Assembly: GCF_006345805.1 (NCBI RefSeq)
Contig: NC_043000.1
Location: 106,206,001-106,270,000 of the forward strand
Direction: 5' to 3'
Length of the DNA stretch: 64,000 bases
Source: Octopus sinensis
Taxonomy: Eukaryota
The position numbers and the translations under genes were made by a program. Shown piece by piece: positions 39,537 through 52,100 of this stretch. The notes beneath the pieces were generated by a model. The model saw only the letters and a program-made list of their open reading frames with translations. It was not told the DNA's origin and searched no databases. The stretch's first letter is position 1. Each line of letters opens with the position of its first letter.

Positions 39537-39582
39537 GACACCTGATGAAGGCTGGAGGGTATATCAGCCGAAACGTTGTGTT
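39537..39582 (+). ncRNA. Minimal type I hammerhead ribozyme (palindromic stem III, GUU site)
   Basis: GACAC-CUGAUGA-A-GGCUG(gagggtatat)CAGCC-GAAAC-GUU-GUGUU. Confidence 0.78.
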
Positions 39583-41204
39583 AACAACAAACAAGATGAG
39601 GAAAAATATCCGTCAAATATAAATAATGTAAATAATGTAAAGTAATTATTATTGGGACAAAACTAAAATGTTGAATTGTTTCAAAATTTTAAACCATAAT
39701 GAAAACAATTAAATTTTATAAATTCACAAAAAATAAATTGACCCAATATGAAGGAAAATATGCTAATAAAGCAGCGTTAAATAAAATGAATTATACCAAT
39801 CAGAAAGCAGTAAATGGTCGACTAGTTTGTGGCTTTCTTTTGCGCCATTGTGTTAGATAAATAAGTTTTAAATATTTCAAATGGTCTTTATTTTTCAAAG
39901 ATGGCGATTAATTAACCCCTTTTTTTCAGTTCTCACAACACATAGGGGTTTCATTTTCTCCTTATAAAAACATCGCTTAATGTATTATGAATGTGAATGA
40001 AATTATAATTGACGACTTAGGAGTGAGCCAAGTTCTAGCGAACATTTTTAGTCTGAAACAATAAATAATTGTAAGTCTATAAAAAGCTGTGAAAGCACAT
40101 ATAGATAGGAGAAAAATAATGAATCATTAATTGTACAAATTACTGTTTGAGATCGAAAGCTTAAATGGTGCTCTGCTTGATTTTAGGGGCGATATATATA
40201 CGTACGCCTTGACAGGTATATGAATGCGCGCACGCACCTATTCACACGCATGCACGCACGCACGCACATACATACACACATATATTAATGATGTACACAG
40301 ATACATGACAGCTATACATAACACTGAAAAACGCATAAAGTAAACACATGCAGACAAATATAATATAACACATTTTTTTAAATAATAAAAACATACAATC
40401 AATGAAGAGACAAAAGAAACAGTAAGATGATACATGTTGATTTTATTCTGTATTTCTGTTTATTTAGAAACCTACAATGAAATTAAGTATTTCTGTTTAT
40501 TTAGAAACCTATAATGAAGAGGTCATTTCACAGACGCTAAACTATAAATTTCACAGGTTACAACCTTAAAGTTGACACCGCTCCGCTAAACGGAGAAAAC
40601 TTCTGTCTCGCTATTGGCTAAAAATATACAGTTTTTTCTGTTTTTAAATCTCTGTAACTTTTTTTCTAACTTTTTTCTCCACAACATCATACCTTCACAG
40701 CAATTAGACTGCAAAACTATATTATTAGGCTGATTTTCAGATTCGAATGAAAAAAAGCTAGATCGGAATTCTTAGACGCTAGTGTGAAACCATGGTGAAT
40801 GTAGCGATCTTAATGGATTTCGTCGTAGTTGTTGAAGCAAAAGATAAAAATGGCAATGTATCAGCGACTTTCATACACTGTCTGCAAGCCTACATTAGTT
40901 ATTAGTTCTTTCTATTATTGGTGTGTGTTAGTTAATGATTTGATATTTTCACTCAAATATAAAATACAGTGTTTTCAAGCAATTATTGTACAGAGGGATT
41001 CTGTCTAAAATAGAACATGCAGCATCAGTGAATTTACTCCAAGGCTTCTTTTGCTAAATGTGTTTTGATAGTATTCTATTTGCGACGGCGTTTGAAACAG
41101 TTCATATACTAGTATAATCCGCTCTTAAATACATTTCCTGTTATGTCAATATATATCATCCCATTCCTTAGGTTTTGCATGCCCTCGCAGAGATATATAA
41201 TACA

Positions 41205-42372
41205 CTAGCAGCATAGCCCGGCGTTGCCCGGGTATGTAAGAGCCCCTAGTAGGCAACGACTAATCCCAATCTAGTCCTTTCCCTCTAGGGAACGAAGGCG
41301 CATGTGTAGGTTGCAATGTCTTCTCTTCACTCCCAAATAACTATCAAACAGCTATCGATAATTCAACCCAACCAATTCCTACCAGGAAGAAATTACATTC
41401 GAGACTTTACCCCCAACGCCGCCACTTCTGCTAATAGCTGCTGCAGCCGCAAATTATTCGAATACTTTTTTTGTTTAAACTTTCTTTATAACTACCACCC
41501 CAAACGTTTTACCTTAAATTTTTGACGTACCCTAAGGGTCCTCGGACGCTACTTGCAAACTCTTGGTTTATTATAAACCGCTTTTGTCGTGTGCACCAAA
41601 AAACCTTTTCCATTCGTTTGTTCAGTTTGGTCACTTTTGACTTTTTCGTTGTTGTCACTCACATTGCTGCCCGCTTTTTTGCCGTTTTTGTACATTTTTA
41701 TACATTTTGGGATACTTACCCCGGTGTTCCGAGAGTTAAAAAGGTTGAGTTGCGTCCCCTAGACAGTCTGTGGTTTGTGTTTAATACACAAATTGGTTTG
41801 CTATGTATGCCACATATGATTTAATTAACCGATTTTTTTTCCAGTAATAAAGTAACCTATTGGAATAAAAAGGGCCATATAGCTCCTTGGACCAGACATG
41901 ATGCTCGCTGTGAATTTAAAAAGAAATTGCTGCCAATTTGTGAAAGATATTGTCGAAAATATGTCATCTTGAATTTGAACGCGATTTCCCAAAATGGCAT
42001 GATTTTATCGATTTTTTCTGATGGTAAGGTATTGCATGGAAAACTAACGTCAGAATTAAGTTTCTTAGGGTAACATTAAGCTTCACCATGAGTTTGGTGA
42101 AAATCGATTGCAAGTTGCGAAAACTACAACAGAAAATGTGTTGCATATAAAAAAACTTAGATTTTCGACCCCATGTCGAATTTATCGATTATTTTCAGAA
42201 CTGGGGGAACTTTTCAAAATTTTCGCTGCGTTAGTTTTGAATTATGACATTGGGCTATGTGTGTGTGTCAAGTTTCATCAGAATCGGTTGAAAGCCGTGG
42301 TCAGGGTGAGGGTACAACCTGACAGACGCACAGACACACAGACAGACAAACTGCCGTTTATATAGAGAGAGA
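41205..42372 (-). mobile_element. Non-autonomous Helitron with both termini (~1.17 kb)
   Basis: Minus strand: A|TCTCTCTCTATATAAACGGC at the 5' end; hairpin cccgggcaacgccggg then CTAG|T at the 3' end. Confidence 0.85.
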
Positions 42373-42404
42373 TATATGCATATATGTATATATATATATA
42401 TATG

Positions 42405-42588
42405 TATCTCCATATATATATATATATCTCCATATATATATATATCTCCATATATATATCTCCATATATATAGCTCCATATATATATCTCCATATATATC
42501 TCCATATATATCTCCATATATATATATCTCCATATATATATATCCATATATATATATCCATATATATATATATATCCATATATATATA

Positions 42589-42634
<46 letters not shown>

Positions 42635-42660
42635 ATATATATATATATATCTCCATATAT
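42405..42660. repeat. (ATCTCCATATAT..)n minisatellite
   Basis: Variable-length units of atctccat/atccat plus (AT)n, directly visible. Confidence 0.9.
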
Positions 42661-42662
42661 TA

Positions 42663-42692
42663 TGACCCGTCGTTGCCGGGTCATAGTGCTAG
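42663..42692 (+). mobile_element. Helitron 3' terminus
   Basis: Hairpin gacccg/cgggtc followed by CTAG|T. Confidence 0.7.
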
Positions 42693-42849
42693 TGCATGTA
42701 TATATGTGTATATATATGTGTTCATATTACATGTACTTCTATATATATACATCTACACATAAAATACAAAATACAAAGTTATATCTTGATATCGCTAGTG
42801 ATAACAATACTCAAAATATATAACAGACTGGAATTGTAGGCCCATCTCT

Positions 42850-43300
42850 TGCAATTTCGATCAATTGTATCTTATCCTCCCTCTACAATCCAGCCTACCT
42901 CTACTTCTGGGGGGACATTTTAAATTTTTATCCGGGACGTCCTACGTCCCAGATATAAAGGTAAAAATAAAATATTTCCACTTTGCAAGGTTCGAGTCGA
43001 GTACTCCCTTGCACGCTCCGTTGACTCGAACCTTGCTTCTATTGTAGCGAATTTACCGCCTCTGGTTAGATATCTTTCATAGTCGCACCAAGACACTTTT
43101 CGATGGTGCTTTTCTCCAGGCGTTCAAATCTTTTTTTTTCTCTACATTGTATACTTTATAGACAATAGACTTTTCTTTAATTTAATTTTTTATTTCGTTT
43201 GGTGGTGTTATCCTAGATTCACCGTCTTTGTTAGTGATCAATCCGAAATAGGTTTGTATTTCTTCCATTTTAATTTTAATGAGTTCGCGCCCGCCGACGG
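42850..43300 (-). mobile_element. Tx1/L1 ORF1 fragment
   Basis: YLTRGGKFATIEARFESTERA...YLGRRTSRIKI is similar to YVTRGAKYARIEVRFKTEEKA...YLGRLTSKIKV at 30213-30437. Confidence 0.75.
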
Positions 43301-43779
43301 CTGCAGCGAAATTCATTTTTGGACTTTCTTCTATCGAAGGCATTCTAACAAAAAATGCTTCCGTGTAAACGGTGAAAATATTGTCAATTTCCCCAAACAG
43401 GAACACAATTCAATTTTTAAACAATATCCAAAGCTCCTTCTCCCAAAGAGGGAGGGTTACAGTTTACAATTATTTAACAAATGCAACACAACAACGTTTC
43501 CCTTACGAGGAACCAACAAACGTGATAACAATAGTTAAACAGTAATAATAATAACAACAAACCTTACGGTGAATCAAAAAGCAGTACGCAGTTGATTTAA
43601 TTTAATTTATTCCCATTCATGTGAAACCACTTATTCAAGTTCAAGTCACTGATGCAATTTTATACCAATTGCTATTTTTACTTTTGTTATGTTACGATTA
43701 TATTATACTTTAGTTTGATTTTAATTATTACTTACTAAATATAATTCAATTGTTATTATTATCTCTAATTTTTATTGTT

Positions 43780-44191
43780 AAAGTGAAAGTATCTGACATA
43801 AAATAGAGAAATGTTTTTGTTTCACTTTTAACACGTAATACGGAAATAGTGGAGAAGATATCATATTGCTATGGGCTCGCCTTAGGCAAGAAGTTGAACT
43901 TTTTTTGCCCATGAAACTACATGGACCCCAAGTAAGGCATGTGTAAAATTTGAATGAAATTGGTTGTGTAGTTCTCAAGTTTTAGGGAATCGTAGTGGAG
44001 AAGATATGATATTGCTGTGGGCTCGCCCTAGGCAAAAAGGTAAAAAAAAATTTGCCGATGACATTCCCCGGACCCTAAGTAAGGCATGTGTAAAATTTGA
44101 ATGAAATTGTTTGTGTAGTTCTCAAGTTTTAGGGAAACACACAGACAGACAGACAAACAGACACACATTCTCAGTTTTATATATAGAGAGA
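43780..44191 (-). mobile_element. Helitron-like 5' portion with a 146-bp tandem duplication
   Basis: Minus strand A|TCTCTCTATATATAAAACTG; units start at 43847 and 43993. Confidence 0.65.
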
Positions 44192-45181
44192 TAGCTCATT
44201 TAATGGAGAAGAGCAACTAGGATGCACTTTAACTTGCTTAGTAACAGTGGAACAGAAAGTAACATCCTGTTGGCTCAGAGATATGAGAGGTAAATGGTGT
44301 GGTTGTTTTTGAGAGGTTTACTTTCTTCCAGCCACAAAAATATTTAAGCTTATCCCCAATAGAGACAAAGAGGTTGGATTCAAAGCCAGTGAAACTTTGG
44401 AGATCCAACACTCTTTGACTCTTGATATTCAGAAATTCCCATCTCACCAACGCTCATGCTTTTTATGAAGTTGTCCAACAAACCTCCCTTTCTCGAAGTG
44501 CATAAGGTTTGATTTATCTTCCTCGCATATAGCATAAACCACGCCAAGATATCACAAGTTCAATAGTGTCCAAATTAGAAGTATGCATAATATACTACTA
44601 CACTCACAGACACGCAGTATTTGGTTCTTATCCTAAGAAGGAGAGAAGAGAAAATTTTGGTATAATAGAGAAGCGCAGAAATAGGGGATTTTCTAAGCTT
44701 GCAATATTAGAGTGCCAATTATTTCACGATCTTCAAGGTGTATATAACTTCATAACTCTTTCTTCCTCCTTCAGAAGAAGTCTCAGAGCTTTGATCTTCT
44801 TCAGATAACTAATGAGACGCAGCAACGAAATTTCTTTTTGGTGAAGGTTCTGCGGATTGCATCCATTTTCGTCAAATGAAATTACTTCTGCAGTAATAAA
44901 TTTGTTTTAGCATGCAGTTAATGATCTGGTTATTAGTTGTCAGATCATATTTCTCAAAGAGATGTAATGACCCAAGTTTTCAGTGTACCTACTAATAAGT
45001 AAACTCACTCCTTACTGCAAATTTTCAATTAATCTTAAATTAATATAAAGTTCAGAGTTCTCTCCCTTGTTTGCTTTGACAAGAATTGCCATTGACGTTA
45101 ATTGTCATTGATGTTTTTTCTAATTATGATAATAATTAATGAAAAATTAACGAAAAATTGTTTTTGCCTTGTACCAACAAA

Positions 45182-45328
45182 CACTAGCATAACTAGGGAG
45201 GCGGCGATAGAGGATGTGCGCCCCGGGCGGCACTTTTGGATCTGCTGTAGGCAATATGTGTCTTTGTTGGGTCCGGTAACGGCAAATGGAAGGGCCGCTC
45301 TGGGCGGCGCACTCTAGCTACGCTAGTG
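45182..45328. mobile_element. hAT-type MITE (147 bp)
   Basis: TIRs cactagcataactag / ctagctacgctagtg; flanks ccaacaaa / ccaataag (6/8 match). Confidence 0.7.
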
Positions 45329-46356
45329 CCAATAAGTATACCAGTCTGCTCTGGACTATGTTTTCTTCATGCAGAAGATACTCTGGGAACATTTTCCAAT
45401 ATCATCACGCGCGCGCGCGCGCACACACGCACACACACTTTATGTACAGAGTTCTAGCTTCAATAGATGTTTCTCTAACAAGATTAACAATACTCTGTGT
45501 GTGTGTATGTAGATATGTACGTGTGTGTAATAGTAGATGTCAATTTATTACCATCACCACCATCATCACTTACCTCCTTATTAAGTTATTATTCAACAAT
45601 ATAGCTACCTACAGTTCGTTGCCCGTGTCTTAGCAACAATATTCAGTTACAGTGGATGGAAATAACAATCCATATCGGTAACTAACGGGCAGTTCTGAAC
45701 GTCTAATTTAACGACGACCAGCGGATTTTCTACAGTTTCTATACCACCTTGTCTCTCTCTCTCTCTCTCTCTCTTCTTACTCTTTCTTCATACTTGCTTT
45801 TTGTCGTGCGTGTGTGTTATGCTAATTATTGTTTCTCTAATCAACAAACATCAATGGAATTCGATACGTTTGTTGAGTAAGATATTTTTTTAGGTTGAAA
45901 TACAATTCACTTCTTCAGAGTTTTGCCTGTCAGCTTGTTCACAGCAATTTTATGTGGAGTTTGGATGTGGATTGGAACGGTTTATCCCTATTTATATGTA
46001 TTTCAATAACTCATGTAACAAACAATTTGGTTAATGAATTAGGTTCGAACACGTGACCCTACTGTATTTAGAAAATATTTTCATGCATAAAAGTGGTCGC
46101 GTTGCCTTTTATTTATTTACATATCTATTTATTTATTTATTGCTATTTTTCTCTCGAAATTATCTTTCAGGACGTATAATTTTATAACATAAAGTGAATG
46201 GGAAAGTTCATTTCGAGTTGCGGAGATCCGCGTTACAAGTTTTCAGGAACTCATTGCTTCTGTAACACGAGGGATTCCTGTCTCATTCTTTCTCTCCCTC
46301 TCTCTCCCACTCTCCCTCTTTGTCTCTCCCCTCTCTCTCTCCCTCTCTTACTCTCA

Positions 46357-46436
<80 letters not shown>

Positions 46437-47217
46437 AAACTCTGTGATTGCTTGCTTGCGTGCTTGTCGGTAATTTAATATAGCCAAACCGGTGAATAAT
46501 AGGAAAATACTCTGAATTAAGGTACCCCTGGAATGTGAATACAAACGGAATGAAACAAGTTTTGCGTAAATCGGACCACGGATTCCCGAGATACGCAGTT
46601 TTGCGGGGTACTTGGATCTTTTCAATTCTGAAGCCAGGACCACAGATCTTTCTACTTAACTAAATAATCTGAAACTTCGTATGCTGATAGAGTCTAGCAA
46701 AACAAGACACAGGTTGGAACTAGTTTATTTGAGAAAAATCTATTTTATGACTTTAATCGTAGATTAAAACTGCGAATTTTAACCAATCAGATTGTTTGTT
46801 TTCATGTGTAAAAACTTGACTGCATTCTATTAGTGTGACGTAGAAAGCGCTTTTGTGACGTACTAACGTTCGGAAAACTGTAAACAAACACAGAACGTAA
46901 CGGCAGACGAAATACGGCTACGCATTTCGCCCGGCGTGCTAACGTTTCTGCCAGCTCTTTGCTTTTTTAATATTAAATTTCGGCGAAGTTTCTCTTGTCG
47001 TAGCACAAGTTTTCCGTCGATTTCCGTAAAAAACTTTTATTTTTTTACATAAGTAATGAGAGCGAAAGAGACTAAGAGGAAGCGATTTTATGACGAGGGA
47101 AGTTTGTCTTTGAAGTTACCGTCTAGGGGAAGCATTGATGTACATGTGTGTGTGTGTGTGTGTGTTTGATGGGGTGTGGGAGACAGTATGTTGTGTAAGT
47201 GAAGTGCTTCTGTTAGT

Positions 47218-47523
47218 GTGTGTGAAGAGACAGAGAGAGTAATGTGTGAAAGAGAGAGATAACTGAAATTTTTTACTCGGTGTATGTGTATATGTATGTC
47301 TGCATGTATGTGTGTGTGTGTATGTATCTATGTATGTATGGCCGATTCATCGTAATTACGATGAATCGGCCATACATACATACACACACACATACATACA
47401 CACACATACTTACACATACATACACACACACATACATGCAGACATACATATACACATACACCGAGTAAAAAATTTCAGTTATCTCTCTCTTTCACACATT
47501 ACTCTCTCTGTCTCTTCACACAC
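47218..47523. repeat. Spacerless palindrome of ~300 bp centred on cgtaa|ttacg (47355/47356)
   Basis: Arms mirror each other except for extra microsatellite units in the right arm. Confidence 0.95.
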
Positions 47524-47871
47524 GCTTGTTTACATTTAAGATGTTTAATACGTCACGAAATTGGTGGTCGAGACGGAGTAAATAAAATAAAGCCGAATGA
47601 CGGAATATCATTGGTTAAAATTCTAATTATTAAACAACGTTAAACTTAGAAGTTACAATTCCGTTTTCATTCTGGTTTACAATTAAGTTTACTTTTGACA
47701 CATTCTACCAGTATACGAAGTTTCAAATTGTTTGGTTCAGTAGGAAAAATTTGAAAAAACTGGCTTCAGAATAGAAAAGATCCGGGTACTTTCATAAATA
47801 GCCAAAACAGTGCATAATGGGAAAATACTTCGAAAGTAACATAACCCTGAAAGTGAAGAAACTCTAACCTT

Positions 47872-48180
47872 TTGATTAGCGAGAGACATTGTGATCAATG
47901 TCTTCTGTATCTTGAAGACAACGACCTGGGCAAAAGTCTTAGTGACTTTAACTTACCAACGCTAAATAATATTGTCGCTAATCAGGATATTGGCAATATG
48001 GGATTATTGCATGAGTTGCAATACAGCAAAGAAGAACGAAGACGATTTGTAGAAGAGACGGACCTTCTGTTGAATTGTGAGCAAAAAGATGTGTATGACT
48101 TTGCTTGCGACAGTTTAGAGAGGAACACATGTGCATAAATTTTCATTGACAGAACAGGAGAGACATTCCTGATAAATAAT
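47872..48180 (+). pseudogene. Helitron RepHel helicase (PIF1-like) fragment
   Basis: LLYLEDNDLGKSLSDFNLP...LNCEQKDVYD...IFIDRTGETFLIN (decayed Walker A GTGKTFL). Confidence 0.8.
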
Positions 48181-48351
48181 CAATAAAACCTTAAACACGA
48201 GCTTGTAAACCAGACCTATGATGACACGAACGAACTGAAATATTTAACTGAATCATCATAAAATTAACTTTCATTTCAATGCAATGCTGAAAGCAATTTC
48301 AATGTTTTTTATAAACTGAACCCAACGGGTTATAGGTAGTCTAATATATAT

Positions 48352-48419
<68 letters not shown>

Positions 48420-48429
48420 TAGATAGATA

Positions 48430-48512
<83 letters not shown>

Positions 48513-48899
48513 TTAACCAAATTATATGAATCTATCATTACCGATCTTACCCAACGGATTTGCACAGAATATTAGGTAATCAGACGATTATCTAAAAACT
48601 GCGCTCGTCAGAGTTGGTTGGTATGGAAAAAATGGTGACTTCTCTGTTACTGAAGGTAAGGAAGTGTCACATCTGGTTTGTGGGTGCTGTGAAAAAAGGC
48701 GAAACGAAGTCGCGAGAGGCACTTAAGGGTTCTGTGCCTTACCTCCCTCCCCCCCTCCGAAAAAACACTCTGAGTGAGTGGTGATTGCCAGTATCATTAG
48801 TGTAGGATTGATATGTGTGTAAGGGAGGAGTCTGTATGTGTGTAGAGGGTGGAATGAAGATTAACGGGTACCCAGACCTTTAACCTTTTGTGTGACTGC

Positions 48900-49090
48900 A
48901 TGTACGAATGCGTATTTATTAGTTTACTGCGACCAAATTTTGCTAGATTCTCTGGATGTAATGATGGAAGGACTGATGGTGGAGGTCCTAATGTTTATAA
49001 TCATAGTAACATCTGTAAGTAAACAATCACGTATTTTCCTTATGTGGCCAAGAGCAAAAACTTTCGCGCTTACAGGTTCGGTGTGTCCAG
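48900..49090 (-). mobile_element. L2/CR1-type RT C-terminal fragment
   Basis: HIRKIRDCL...IITSR resembles the I.KIR.YL...VTSRLDY motif. Confidence 0.45.
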
Positions 49091-49099
49091 TTAAAGAGA

Positions 49100-49500
49100 A
49101 TGTTTTAATGTAATTAAACGACCATACATGCTTAGCCAGGGCAGTGACATTGTATCTTTTCTGGATATTAAAGGGGGATTTATGGTTGTTAAATCTGGTC
49201 CTGGAAGAAACTTCTGTTGCACCCACATACTTCTGCACGTTTCGTTGCCCGCTGGGGATCCTTTGACATCACCTCTGCCTTTCTTTGTGATGCAGTGATC
49301 ATTATGAGAGCATCTGGTGTTGCCTCTGCGCAGTTATTAGACAATGGTTTGATTATCTAATACCTGTGCGAAACCGATTGATATGATCGGCTGTAATAGA
49401 TCTACGGTACTGTTTAATTTGATGAATATACCCACGCTATTGACAAATATACTAGCGCCTATTTCTTCTGGGACTAAAGAGTTGCAGAAAAATTGAACCT
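49100..49500 (-). mobile_element. Penelope-like GIY-YIG remnant
   Basis: KYVGATEVSSRTRFNNHKSPF...TALAKHVWS. Confidence 0.75.
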
Positions 49501-50147
49501 GTACAGGCTTGAAAAGTGCACCGAACATATACTATGTTTCCATTTAATGTATTTTTGTACTTCTTACTTTGAAGACGAGTTCGATTTGAAAAAAACTTCA
49601 ACGTAGCTACGATGAAGTTAATAGAACTCGCTTTAAACACTTCCTTAACGCTACGATCCTTTTGAACATGACAAGGAAATATACCAGGCAAGTGTAAACA
49701 CTTACAGAAACAAGTGTTTACTGAGAGATTATTACAATATAACTTATTTGACTGGCAATAAATCTCTGTAGATTTACTGGAGAATGGTTCATTTTTCGGA
49801 GATCTTTTTTTGTGTATATTTTTTTTTTGTAGAATATTATATGTATATATATATTTTTTAAAGTATATATATATCAATATTTGTGGTTCCGTGTTCGATC
49901 CCGTTATGTAATACCATAGGCAAGTACTTTTCTATTGTAGCTTCAGGTTGCCTTATGTCTTATGACTAATATTTAGTAAACGGGAACAGTTGAAGCTTGT
50001 TACACACCAACATATGGAGCAATAATTGGTTTTTGATATATGTTTCTGCAGTATCCATAGTAAAATCAAAATAATTCGAAAAAATGCAAAAATACACTTG
50101 GGTATCCAAAGCAAGCGAAGCGAATATGTAAATTTGTAAAAGTAAAT

Positions 50148-50365
50148 TCTTTAAATTATTTACATTATTTACATTCGACAGATATTTATCCTCATCTTGT
50201 TTGTTGTTAACACAACGTTTCGGCTGGTGTCTTCAATAGGTGTCTTCGAACCTGAGTTCTCATTCCTAAGGTATTTTTCGATGTTATTATTGTTGTTGTT
50301 GTTGTTGTTGTTGTTCAGGTCAATGCTTGGAATCGAACTCGGAATCTTGGGCTGTGTGGTTAGTG
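50148..50365 (-). mobile_element. Second copy of SINE family D; hammerhead core disrupted
   Basis: cccaagattccgagttcgattcc...gacctga + (AAC)n + catcgaaaaataccttagg...cagccgaaacgttgtgtt; CUGAUGA and stem II 5' strand replaced by a gaagacacc duplication. Confidence 0.82.
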
Positions 50366-50668
50366 TCTTCTATATATATAGCCTCGAGCCGACCAAAGCT
50401 TTGTGAGTAAATTTGATAGACGGAAACTGAAAGAAGTCCGTCGTGTGTGTAAGTCTTTGTGTGTGTGTGTGTTTGTGCCCCACTACCACCTGACAACCCG
50501 TATTAGTGTGTTTACGCCCTCGTAACGTAGCCATTAGGCAAAAGAGACCGATAGAATAAGTATTAGGCTTTAAAAAATAAGTTCCGACATCGATTTGTGC
50601 AACTAAAACCATTCAAGGCGGTGCCCTGACATGGCCGCAGTCAAATGGCTGAAACAAATAAAAGAATA
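50365..50668 (+). mobile_element. SINE family A, 5'-damaged
   Basis: Body and tail match family A. Confidence 0.8.
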
Positions 50669-50768
50669 TATATTTTATCCTCTACTTATATACACACACA
50701 CACACACACATACATACATACATACATACATACATACACGCACATATACATGCATACACACACACACA

Positions 50769-50846
<78 letters not shown>

Positions 50847-51194
50847 TGCCTGCCACTTGTAATCAAGGATGATTTGATTACACACATCTCGAAAATCCAG
50901 TTAAAGTCCTGGTGGAACATCTAGGCTATGACAGCTGAAGAATGAGAGTGTTGTGACAACTCTAAAAGGCTTCAGCTGCTTTCCCCACACCTTTGTCAAA
51001 AGTAACGGGTGCTTCCTCTGCCACTGAGAAATCGATTTAGCCCATAGATAGATCTCTAACAGGTAGTACCGAGCTGGATGAGAACGGAACTAAGAGTAAT
51101 GGTAATTCAGGAATGACACCACGCTCCACACAACTGCAGAACTCCCGAATGCAAGACCGGATGCAGTTTAATGTCATACGTAGGACAAATTTTT

Positions 51195-51225
<31 letters not shown>

Positions 51226-51310
51226 CATACATACATACATACATACATACAAACATACATGCATGCATACATACATACATACATACATACATACTACATA
51301 CATACATACA

Positions 51311-51354
<44 letters not shown>

Positions 51355-51649
51355 GTGTGTATATGCGTGCGTGCGTGCATGTGTGCATCTGTGTGTGTTA
51401 TTAGCCAAGCTATTTAAGCGAACATGGATTTCTGGGAGGATGACGAGAAACTTCGGATGATCAATCTTTTTGTCTGTCTCAGCAACAACTTTTAACAGGA
51501 AAATTACATGCATAAACTCATCATACAACATAATTTATATCGGCGATGATGTGTTTAATCATTCTCTTTATACATATATTGCTCAGTATTGACTGCTAAT
51601 AAAAAAAAAAGTCTAAGAGGGCGTTTCATTATTGTGAGAGCATCAGATC

Positions 51650-52100
51650 TGACCGAGACCCATCATAGTTTCAATCGAACTCGCGTTTCTTTGATTCTCT
51701 CTATGATTATATGTTGTCATTATAGAGATTTTTGAAAACCAGGCTTTTAACAGTCCAGTGTATGGTCCAGTAAGTTAAGAACGAATGGGTGAGGCTGGTC
51801 ATCCAGTACAATATTTTCTCACTATAATTCAAGTCCAATAGAAGTCAGGACTTCTATTTCTGGGAACCACAAGCAAACGTCAAATCTTCCCGTGCAGTGG
51901 TAAAGTATCATATGTATCTGCGATAAAGAAATGCCTCCACATCCGTAGCATGCTCGTTGTGAGGGCACATGGAAGGGGTAGTATATAAGGGAATAGTAGT
52001 AATTTTCTGGGCGACCATACTGCTGTTGGCATCTATGAAATAGAAACTTGAACTAACGCATAACAAAGATTTTAGGTTTTAGTCCATTCATACACCAGCG
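51650..52100 (-). mobile_element. Possible RTE LINE C-terminal remnant
   Basis: Weak VPEIEVL and later motifs resembling the RTE post-RT region. Confidence 0.35.

Larger units (their letters stand above)
38925..39640 (+). mobile_element. tRNA-headed SINE-like element with (AAT)n/(AAC)n linker and hammerhead-bearing tail (family D), carrying a Dong insert
   Basis: A box tggcgtagtgg 38932-38942, B box agttcgatttc ~38976-38986; same head-linker-tail order at 50148-50365 on the minus strand. Confidence 0.8.
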
